From positions 1-56,672 of the forward strand of contig JAMCXQ010000005.1 of assembly GCA_023474835.1 (NCBI GenBank): 56,672 nt of DNA, written 5' to 3'. A program made the translations under genes and the position numbers. Shown here piece by piece: positions 9,504-17,101 of this stretch (position 1 is the first letter of the stretch; each line of letters begins with the position of its first letter). The DNA is from Patescibacteria group bacterium (GTDB lineage Bacteria; Patescibacteriota; Minisyncoccia; Minisyncoccales; CG1-02-41-26). The notes beneath the pieces are model-generated. The model saw only the letters and a program-made list of their open reading frames with translations. It searched no databases and was not told the origin of the DNA.

Positions 9504-9536
9504 ACAAAAAAATCCCACAAAGGAGGTGATTGTATT

Positions 9537-9737
9537 ATGGTGGGAAAAAAAATTATTGTTTTGCCAAGCGGGGATTTTCCCCGTTTGGCCCGCAAGGTTT
9601 CTCTCCTTGCCGGATTGGCCGGTGAGGAGAGGCCTGATTGCCGCGGGGCCGGCAGTCAGGTTATAATCGTTTTCCTCGGGGCAATACCCGAGGGATTCAA
9701 AGAACTTATTGCCCAATTCCTTGGGATTGGGCAATAA
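9537..9737 (+). CDS. Small hypothetical protein (66 aa)
   Basis: Perfect SD AAAGGAGGTGAT at 9519-9530; hairpin at 9742-9788 follows. Confidence 0.55.
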   Translation: MVGKKIIVLPSGDFPRLARKVSLLAGLAGEERPDCRGAGSQVIIVFLGAIPEGFKELIAQFLGIGQ

Positions 9738-9826
9738 GCAGGAAACGTCCCGCCGCAAATGAACAAAACAGACAAGGCGGGACGTTTCTCATTTTTTTCT
9801 CCGCAGCACGGGCTGTGGAAAATCCG

Positions 9827-9854
9827 TTGACATTTAAAAACATTTTGCTATTAT
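9827..9854 (+). promoter_or_regulatory. Sigma70-type promoter, module 2
   Basis: TTGACA-16 nt-(TGc)TATTAT. Confidence 0.6.
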
Positions 9855-9864
9855 AAAATATCTT

Positions 9865-9957
9865 ATGACAAACAGCCGACAAACCAGCCGATATTTTTTC
9901 TGCCAGATTACCCGGACATCTCAATGGAAGGAGGTTGGTTTGAGTTTAGGAAAATAA
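9865..9957 (+). CDS. 30-aa leader-like peptide
   Basis: MTNSRQTSRYFFCQITRTSQWKEVGLSLGK; same architecture as 9357-9449. Confidence 0.45.
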   Translation: MTNSRQTSRYFFCQITRTSQWKEVGLSLGK

Positions 9958-9973
9958 AAAAAATCGCGAATTC

Positions 9974-10013
9974 AGCCCAGCCCCTTTCCAGGGGCTGGGC
10001 TTTTTGTTTTTTT
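9974..10013 (+). terminator. Intrinsic terminator
   Basis: AGCCCAGCCCCT-TTCC-AGGGGCTGGGCT plus T run. Confidence 0.8.
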
Positions 10014-10463
10014 ACAACCCGGTTTGGTCCAGTTGCGGTTCTTTGTTTGGCAGTTTTATTTGGCAGGTTGTCAAACAAAGGGCCGCGGTTGCGGCCAAAT
10101 CCTGTTTTCATCTCAAAAAGAAAGGAGGTGATGGAAATGGGACATAAGAATGATGCGGGGTTTTAACCCCGCGGCATTCCCACCCCCGGGGGATGTCGCA
10201 AAAAAAGGGGAAATATGCAGGAACGAAAAACAGACAAATGTTCCTGCGTATTTTTTATATACAGGGGGTTTATTACAAGGGCATAGTTTGGTAAAATGAA
10301 TTTAGCGATTAAACACTGTTGCCGCGGACCGTCAAGGGGCGGCCGCGGAGACGGCGGAGAGGTTAAGAGGATGGTCAGAGAGCTTCCAACCAAACCGCCG
10401 TTTTATATTGCTCTATTTTCTTTTTCAATTATATTGCTATTTGGGCGCAGTTTGATAAAATAG

Positions 10464-10649
10464 AGAATGGCCTTGTCATCTAATGGGTCAAAGCCAACTG
10501 CTTGGCTTTGACGGGAATCTTAGAAAACTCTCCGAGTTTTCGTTAAGAAATTCCCCGGCACATTATGTTTAAGCCAACTGCTTGGCTTTGACGGCCGATT
10601 TAGGAAATCGTCCCCGATTTCCGTTAAAAATCGGCCAGGCATTCCTTAA
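10464..10649 (+). repeat. Duplicated tRNA-Glu 5' fragment plus two hairpin-element units
   Basis: AGAATGGCCTTGTCATCTAATGG at 10464-10486 equals 10680-10702; GTCAAAGCCAA-CTGC-TTGGCTTTGAC at 10487-10512 with a partial copy at 10571-10592, each followed by a second long hairpin. Confidence 0.9.
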
Positions 10650-10684
10650 TTTATTACAATATCAGGTAGTGTTACGGTAAGAAT

Positions 10685-10757
10685 GGCCTTGTCATCTAAT
10701 GGTTCAGGATACATGGTTCTCAACCATGTCATACGGGTTCGAATCCCGTCGAGGCCG
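10685..10757 (+). tRNA. tRNA-Glu (anticodon CTC)
   Basis: Acceptor GGCCTTG/CGAGGCC; anticodon stem CATGG-TTCTCAA-CCATG; T arm ACGGG-TTCGAAT-CCCGT; no encoded CCA. Confidence 0.96.
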
Positions 10758-10759
10758 CT

Positions 10760-11830
10760 ATGTCATTCGCTTTGCAAATTTTCATTGTTTTCGCGCTTTT
10801 TGCGGTTTTAGCCGTAATTATTTTGGGCTACGTGAAAAAACTGCTGGCCAAAATAAACAAACCGGAGGATGCCGGAGTTTTTAACCTGTTCAAGCAGGAT
10901 TTGGAGGTTATTAAAAACGAAATCAAACAAACAAGGGAAAAAAACATAGAAACAATGCAAAACCAGCTCCAGGAAAGCCGGAAAATATCCCAGGAAAGCA
11001 GCCGCATTATGTTCAACGTCACCGAACGCCTGACAAAACTTGATGAAACCAACAAGCGGGTTGAAGGTTTTGCCGCCCAGATGCAGTCATTGGAGAATAT
11101 CCTGAAGAATCCAAAACAGCGGGGCATTTTGGGCGAGTATTCCTTGGAGCTTTTGCTGAAAAACGCTTTCACGCCCAGCCAGTACCAGATGCAATACGGG
11201 TTTTCCGACGGACAAATCGTTGACGCGGTTTTGTTTGTCGGCGACAAAATAATTCCCATTGATTCCAAGTTTTCTCTGGAAAATTACAATAAAATCGTCG
11301 TGGAAAAAGACGCAGCCAAAAAAGAACAGCTGGAAAAGGCGTTTAAGCAGGATTTGAAAAACCGGATTGACGAAACCGCCAAGTACATAAGGCCGGGTGA
11401 GAACACATTTGATTTCGCCTTGATGTTTATTCCGGCCGAAGGCATTTATTACGATTTGATGGTCAACGAGGTTGGCTCGGTGAAGGTCAATACAAGGGAT
11501 TTGCTGGAATACGCCGTGTGGGAAAAAAACGTGCATATTGTTTCTCCCAATTCTTTTTACGCTTATTTGCAAACCATTTTGCAGGGGTTGAGGGCATTCA
11601 AAATTGAAGATTCCGCCAAGGAAATAAAGAAAAACGTGGAAGTTTTAAGCAAACATATAGGGGCTTTTGAAAGCTATATGCAAAAACTGGGAGGCAATTT
11701 GGGCACAACGGTCAACTGCTATAACACTGCTTACAAAGAGCTGGGTAAAATAGACAAAGACGTGGTAAAAATCACGGAAGGGGAGCGCCAGATTGAGCCG
11801 CTGCAAATTGACAAACCCGGTGTTGACTAA
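10760..11830 (+). CDS. rmuC: DNA recombination protein RmuC
   Basis: N-terminal TM and coiled coil; NPKQRGILGE, PIDSKF, TFDFALMFIPAEG. Confidence 0.93.
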   Translation: MSFALQIFIVFALFAVLAVIILGYVKKLLAKINKPEDAGVFNLFKQDLEVIKNEIKQTREKNIETMQNQLQESRKISQESSRIMFNVTERLTKLDETNKRVEGFAAQMQSLENILKNPKQRGILGEYSLELLLKNAFTPSQYQMQYGFSDGQIVDAVLFVGDKIIPIDSKFSLENYNKIVVEKDAAKKEQLEKAFKQDLKNRIDETAKYIRPGENTFDFALMFIPAEGIYYDLMVNEVGSVKVNTRDLLEYAVWEKNVHIVSPNSFYAYLQTILQGLRAFKIEDSAKEIKKNVEVLSKHIGAFESYMQKLGGNLGTTVNCYNTAYKELGKIDKDVVKITEGERQIEPLQIDKPGVD

Positions 11831-11865
11831 TGCGGTTTCGTGGTGTAGATTAAACCTATAAACTT

Positions 11866-12186
11866 ATGGATTTCGCTGTAATAAAAACCGGCGGAAAGCA
11901 GTATTTTGTTGAGCCGGCTAAAAAAATTAAAATTGAGAAATTGGTGGCAAAAGAGGGCGAAGAATTTATTTTCAACGATGTTTTGCTTTTGGAGAAAAAC
12001 GGCAAATTGTCAACAGGCGAACCCAAAGTCGAAGGGGCCAAAGTTGCCGCAAAAGTGCTCAGGCAGGCAAGAGCAAGAAAAATCACGATTATCAAATACA
12101 AACCCAAAAAAAGATACAGAAAAAAGCAGGGGCACCGGCAAATGTTCACCGAAGTGGAAATAACTAGAATAAGCGATAAGCAGTAA
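11866..12186 (+). CDS. rplU: 50S ribosomal protein L21
   Basis: FAVIKTGGKQY, KKRYRKKQGHRQ. Confidence 0.98.
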   Translation: MDFAVIKTGGKQYFVEPAKKIKIEKLVAKEGEEFIFNDVLLLEKNGKLSTGEPKVEGAKVAAKVLRQARARKITIIKYKPKKRYRKKQGHRQMFTEVEITRISDKQ

Positions 12187-12204
12187 GCGGTAAGCAATAG
12201 AAAC

Positions 12205-12230
12205 AAAAACTCGTCTTTGACGAGTTTTTT
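12205..12230. terminator. Bidirectional terminator between rplU and recR
   Basis: AAAAACTCGTC-TTT-GACGAGTTTTT between convergent genes. Confidence 0.8.
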
Positions 12231-12248
12231 GTTTTGAAAGTTGAAAAT

Positions 12249-12860
12249 TTACTTGCGGCTTTCAAAGGCGGCGGCGATTGTTTCTTCGTCGGCGTATTCA
12301 ATTTCTCCGCCCAGGGGCAGGCCCCGGCCAAGCTCCGAGATTTTCACTCCGGCCCCTTCAAGTTTTCTTTTAAGCCATAATGCGGTGTTTTTGCCCTCGG
12401 GCGTCGGGTTCAAAGCCAAAATTGTTTCTTTAACTTCATGCGTAATTTTTATGCGGTCGCATAATTTTTCAACGTTTGCTTCAAGGGTTTTTTGTTCGTT
12501 TTCTTTTTTCAAAACAGGCAAAACGCCTCCCAAAATAAAATAAAGCCCTTTGAATTGACGGGTTTTTTCAACGGTTTCCAAATCAATTTCATTTTCAACC
12601 ACGCACAAAACTTCTTTGTTGCGCCGCGTGTCAGCGCAAATGGAGCAAAGCTCTTCGCTGTTTTCGGGCTCGAACGACTTAAAACACAAAGAGCAGATTT
12701 TGATTTTACTTTTTAATTCTTCAATGGTTTCAGTCAGTTCTTTGATTTCGTCAGCCGGTTTTTTGATCAAATAAAAAACAAACCGCGAGGCGGTGCGCGG
12801 CCCCACAGTGGGGAATTTTGAAAATAATTTAATCAGTTTTTCAATACTTTTGGAATACAT
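12249..12860 (-). CDS. recR: Recombination mediator RecR
   Basis: FPTVGPRTASR HhH, C4 zinc finger, Toprim, GLPLGGEIEYAD; start placed at ATG 12860 (MYSKSIE). Confidence 0.95.
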   Translation of the reverse strand: MYSKSIEKLIKLFSKFPTVGPRTASRFVFYLIKKPADEIKELTETIEELKSKIKICSLCFKSFEPENSEELCSICADTRRNKEVLCVVENEIDLETVEKTRQFKGLYFILGGVLPVLKKENEQKTLEANVEKLCDRIKITHEVKETILALNPTPEGKNTALWLKRKLEGAGVKISELGRGLPLGGEIEYADEETIAAAFESRK

Positions 12861-12882
12861 AAGCAAAAAAAGCGATGAGGGC

Positions 12883-15729
12883 CTAGTACCCCGCTTTATC
12901 CAGATTGCGAAAAGTGGCTCTTGTTTCGTCAAAGAACAGCTCTGCTTTGCCAATCGGCCCGTTTCTGTGCTTGGCAATTAAAATGTCCGCTACATTGGGT
13001 TTTTCCGAACTTTGTTTATAGCGGTCTTCTCTGTAAATAAACATCACCACGTCCGCATCCTGCTCGATTGAGCCCGATTCACGAAGGTCGGCCAATCTTG
13101 GTATTTGCGGCACTCTTTGTTCAACCGCCCGCGATAATTGCGACAAAACCAAAACCGGAATGCAAAGTTCCTTTGCCAGCGATTTCAACGCCCGCGAGTT
13201 TTCGCTCACCTGCTGAACCATGCCGTAGTTGGGATTTTGGCTGCGCGACTCCATTAACTGCAAGTAGTCAATAATCAAAAGCCCCAAGCCTTTGTCAGCC
13301 GCTAATCGCCGGGCCATTGCCCGCATTTGCAAAATGTTTGAGCTGGATATGTCGTCAATGTAAAGAGGGGATTCGGAAAGTTCGGCCATCGCTCTTTGTA
13401 TTCTTTCAAAATCATTGCCCATGCCCTGGTCCGATAATCGTCCGGTTCGCAAACGCCACAAATCAACGTCGGCCTGGCTGGCTATGAGGCGGTCAATAAT
13501 CTGGTCTTTTGACATTTCCAGGCTAAAAACGCCCACCGGTATTTTGTATTTGACAGCCACGTTGCGGGCGATATCAAGTGCCAGTGAAGAGTTATGAATG
13601 ATGAAGTCATTGGCAATAAAGTTATGATTTTCAGATACGGTCAGGTCATAAACCTGTTTTTCTCCGATTGGGGCAATAGCCGCTATTTTATCCCAATAAA
13701 TATCGCTTTGAGCGATGTCTATTAGCTCCGTAGAATTTAAAACATAAGCCAGCTTTAAGACAGTTTCTCTGCGAGGAGAACGCCGAAAGGCGTGAATGTT
13801 ATACGAGTCGGGCAAGTGGAGTTCTTTATAAACAGACCGCCAGCTCTTTTGGCCTTTTATTTCAGAGATTTTTTCCCAGATCTTAATCGGAATGGTGTCT
13901 TGCGCCCAGCCCTGTTTGGTTTTAGTTAAGTATTTTTCGGCTTTAACAATCTTCGCTTCCTCGCGATACATACCTATTTCTCGGATAAATTTTAAAAGGC
14001 TGGGGGCGTTCATAACTTCAAGTTCGTAGGCCGTAATCTTTTTTCCGTTGATTTTTGTTCTTTTCTCTCTGGTTTTGCTCAAAACTCCAAATCTCAAAAG
14101 TAAATGTTGCACCTGTTTAATGAGTCTGTATGATCCGGAGCTATAAGATAAACGATAGTATTTTTGTTTTTTGCTTTGCCAGAAACTTCCGTCGCAGGAA
14201 AATAATCGGTTTAAAAACAAGGCCAGCGATTTTTTATTTAATTCAAACACAGCTGAAGGAATGAATTTATCAATGGCGAGTTTGCCCATTAAACCAAACG
14301 ATTGCAGCCACGCATTAATCGAATTTTTGGGTGCCAGTTTTTCATATTGTTGCAAAAGATTCTGTCGCGCAGCATTATTTATTTGAAAACTATTTATAAT
14401 TGTCAGGAAATTTTCTTTTAACGGCAAATTATGTCCGTTAAGGAATGCTGAAATACCGGCAAGGCAAATTTTCGTCTGATTTGATAATGATTTTTGGGTA
14501 ATGCCTTTTTCTTGTAAAATCAGCTTTATCTTTTGTCCCAATTCTTTTATGCCCTGGCTATCTCTTTCTTTTGTTGAAGAAACCACATAAGTAAGGCATT
14601 TATTTTGGCCTCTTTTTTTGTCAGTTCTGACTTTAACATTGGGGAATTTGGCAATTGCCGACAGAAAATCTTTTTGGATTTTTATATTGCCATTAGTGAA
14701 AGCAGGGCAGCTTTCAGTTAATCCGCCCTCGGCAATAAAATAAGCCAGTGTCTTTATTTCATAATCCGGCCAGATTTTTTCCCCAAAAACAGGGATAACT
14801 CTTGGCACTCCGACTTTTTCTCCTACTCTGATTTCTGACAGTGGCTTCCATCCGTCTATTGTCAAAAATGGATGGGTAATGGTTGTTTCCACCTCTCTTC
14901 CTGATGCAGTTTTAACTTTGTAGACCGGTTGAATGCCATTATCTATGAAAGCGCTGGCTTGAGAGGGTGCTATTTTAAAATCTTTTCCTAAACTTAGGAT
15001 ATTTTGTTTTTTTTGTTTTACCACCTCTTCAATAGAACAGACACTTCCCGGGTTTGACATAACGATTTCTGTATCTTTACTAATACATTTTCCCATACTG
15101 GGCCTGGCAGCTAAAATTATCAAATCGGATTTTTGCAAGCCGGCCAAAGTGTTGTCCAGTTCCCGAAAGCCGGTAGGCAGGCCCCTCATTCCGCCTTTTT
15201 GCTTGTGCAGTTCTTCAATCCTGCGCCAGGTTTCTTCCAGGGTGTCTTTGACGTGCACGAATTTTTGGGTTAAGGAGCGCTGGGCAATGCCGAAAATCCG
15301 CTTTTCCGCTTCGTCAAGCAAACTGTCCACATCCTCGGCTTCTTTGTAAGCCAAATGGTTGATGTCTTGGGAAGCTGAAATCAAATCCCTTAAAATTCTT
15401 TTTTCCTGCACGATTTTGGCGTAGTTCAAAATGTGCGAGGCAGTGGGCACGGCGTTGACCAGTTCGGCGAGATAAGAGCCGCCGCCGATTTCCTGCAGCT
15501 GGTTTTTTTCTTTGAGTTCGCTTGTCAAACTCAAAAGGTCAATGGGCTCCCGTTTTTCAAAGAGGCCCTGCATCGCCCCGTAAATTTTCTGGTGGTGGTC
15601 TTTGTAAAAATCGCGAAAGGTCAAAAAATCAGCCACTTTCCAAATGGCGTCCGGGTCGATCATCAAGCACCCCAGCAACGATTTTTCCGCCTCAACGTTC
15701 TGGGGCGGCAGTTTTTCAGTCTCGGGCAT
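12883..15729 (-). CDS. dnaB: Replicative DNA helicase DnaB containing an intein
   Basis: PPQNVEAE, AARPSMGK|intein|SSLA, IIDYLQL, LSQLSR, DLRESGSIEQDAD, KHRNGP. Confidence 0.97.
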   Translation of the reverse strand: MPETEKLPPQNVEAEKSLLGCLMIDPDAIWKVADFLTFRDFYKDHHQKIYGAMQGLFEKREPIDLLSLTSELKEKNQLQEIGGGSYLAELVNAVPTASHILNYAKIVQEKRILRDLISASQDINHLAYKEAEDVDSLLDEAEKRIFGIAQRSLTQKFVHVKDTLEETWRRIEELHKQKGGMRGLPTGFRELDNTLAGLQKSDLIILAARPSMGKCISKDTEIVMSNPGSVCSIEEVVKQKKQNILSLGKDFKIAPSQASAFIDNGIQPVYKVKTASGREVETTITHPFLTIDGWKPLSEIRVGEKVGVPRVIPVFGEKIWPDYEIKTLAYFIAEGGLTESCPAFTNGNIKIQKDFLSAIAKFPNVKVRTDKKRGQNKCLTYVVSSTKERDSQGIKELGQKIKLILQEKGITQKSLSNQTKICLAGISAFLNGHNLPLKENFLTIINSFQINNAARQNLLQQYEKLAPKNSINAWLQSFGLMGKLAIDKFIPSAVFELNKKSLALFLNRLFSCDGSFWQSKKQKYYRLSYSSGSYRLIKQVQHLLLRFGVLSKTREKRTKINGKKITAYELEVMNAPSLLKFIREIGMYREEAKIVKAEKYLTKTKQGWAQDTIPIKIWEKISEIKGQKSWRSVYKELHLPDSYNIHAFRRSPRRETVLKLAYVLNSTELIDIAQSDIYWDKIAAIAPIGEKQVYDLTVSENHNFIANDFIIHNSSLALDIARNVAVKYKIPVGVFSLEMSKDQIIDRLIASQADVDLWRLRTGRLSDQGMGNDFERIQRAMAELSESPLYIDDISSSNILQMRAMARRLAADKGLGLLIIDYLQLMESRSQNPNYGMVQQVSENSRALKSLAKELCIPVLVLSQLSRAVEQRVPQIPRLADLRESGSIEQDADVVMFIYREDRYKQSSEKPNVADILIAKHRNGPIGKAELFFDETRATFRNLDKAGY
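13591..15087 (-). mobile_element. Intein (499 aa) in the DnaB P-loop with LAGLIDADG homing endonuclease and HTH insert
   Basis: Starts CISKDT, ends HNFIANDFIIHN followed by Ser; TITHPF block B; LAYFIAEG and LNRLFSCDG LAGLIDADG motifs. Confidence 0.95.
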
Positions 15730-15849
15730 TTTACCTATGTTTTAATAGCCCATTATATTCTTGCCTGTTTGTTTGTCAATTTTGGCTTGGGTATAAGCTG
15801 TTGATTGCCTTTTTCGTTGTTTTATAGTAAGATTTTTTAATCAAGGTAT

Positions 15850-16563
15850 ATGTCAAACAAAGAAAAACAATTGGATTTTTTTGATGATCATGTTTGGGAG
15901 TTGTCGGAAAGTATTAGAAAACAGATAGAAAAAAGAAAGAAGGTGTCAAAGAGGGGAGTAATTGCACAAGAAGAGAGGGCGACAGAACTTTTTACTGAAC
16001 AAAGCGTAAAACGCACCTCTCCATTTCAAAAAATGTTTGAGGATACAACAGAATGCATCGGGTCTCCGGTTCGCATATCTACCTCGTTGTTTAATGCGGT
16101 TTTCGAGAAGATGGAAAAAGAAAAAAGTCTAAAGAATGCTATTTTGAAAATTGACAGAACGGATTTATTAAAAGAGGCAAAGAAGTTTGGGCTGAAGGTT
16201 TATAAAGCTTACGAACGGCAGAAGAATGGACAATTATTGAAGTATCAATTCTTGCCTTTTCGACTTGAACCGTACAATGGTATGGTGGAGGTGAAAATTG
16301 GCTTGCCGTTTGAAGGCAAGGGGGGGGATATGGCTGCGTTGTTAAGAACACTCAAAAAAAGATTTGCACTTCCTGGGATAGTGGATAATGATGGGATACG
16401 GATAACCATTTTTTTGGAAGGTGAAAATATGCCGTTTTTAAAGCCACTTGATTATCGCGTAGGCAACAAAGAGTATATCACAAGAAAAGAGGCAAAAAGT
16501 TTGGGGTTCATTAAGAAAGATGGTGTGGAACCGGATATGCCCGACAACGGTGATAATGAGTAG
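15850..16563 (+). CDS. Hypothetical protein
   Basis: 237-aa ORF with no recognised domain; N-terminal QLDFF. Confidence 0.7.
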   Translation: MSNKEKQLDFFDDHVWELSESIRKQIEKRKKVSKRGVIAQEERATELFTEQSVKRTSPFQKMFEDTTECIGSPVRISTSLFNAVFEKMEKEKSLKNAILKIDRTDLLKEAKKFGLKVYKAYERQKNGQLLKYQFLPFRLEPYNGMVEVKIGLPFEGKGGDMAALLRTLKKRFALPGIVDNDGIRITIFLEGENMPFLKPLDYRVGNKEYITRKEAKSLGFIKKDGVEPDMPDNGDNE

Positions 16564-16589
16564 TAGCAATTCTTAAAAGATATTGGGGC

Positions 16590-17030
16590 TTATTTCTTGC
16601 CCTCTTTTTCTATATGGGGGAATGGTAAATATGGTTGTCCTTCTTTCTCATCTTTTTTAATTTTTATCTGTTCTAGAAGAATCGCCTCTATTTTTTCTGG
16701 GTTTTTAATTTCTAATGACTCGAGCACCCTAAGTGCGTTTTCCAATTCTTCAAGCGTGGGCTCGTCATTATGTTTGTCGGATTTTCCTCCAAATTTATAA
16801 ACAATGGCGCTGTCGATAAAATCCCGCAAATTATCTCCTGTTAATTTGTGATCTTGACCAACGAGAAGGGCCGCCTGATTTTTTGAGTATGCCCTTTTTA
16901 TACCATCAAAACCAGCAAATCCATCAGGGGAGCCGTGCACCTCAAAAAGTATTTTTTCTCTTTTTTCGCCCTTTGTCTCTTCAGGCTTATCTTGATCAGT
17001 TTTTTCTTTGTGCAAACCAGGTGAGTTCAT
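16590..17030 (-). CDS. Hypothetical protein
   Basis: 146-aa charged ORF. Confidence 0.65.
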   Translation of the reverse strand: MNSPGLHKEKTDQDKPEETKGEKREKILFEVHGSPDGFAGFDGIKRAYSKNQAALLVGQDHKLTGDNLRDFIDSAIVYKFGGKSDKHNDEPTLEELENALRVLESLEIKNPEKIEAILLEQIKIKKDEKEGQPYLPFPHIEKEGKK

Positions 17031-17101
17031 AATTTTATTTGAATTAGTTTTTTATTATTGGACCTTTTTTGAAATCTTCAACTATCCAGCCAAAGACAGT
17101 A

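Noticed and set aside
9350..10013. T-box riboswitches
   Set aside because: No T-box consensus (GGTGGNACC) or stem I motifs found, and no synthetase gene downstream
10487..10649. CRISPR array (palindromic 26-bp repeats)
   Set aside because: Only two copies here; the intervening sequences are themselves homologous hairpins rather than unique spacers; no cas genes in the window
10469..10757. Intron-containing tRNA-Glu (and likewise tRNA-Gln)
   Set aside because: A complete uninterrupted tRNA follows each insert, and the inserts are too short and lack recognisable group I/II cores, so splicing is not required
12861..12977. N-terminal extensions in the ORF track (recR; also cysS 19821-19988, 37649-37891, 49768-50040, 45206-45286)
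   Set aside because: They overlap neighbouring genes and precede the family-typical N-terminus, so they are artefacts of choosing the longest ORF
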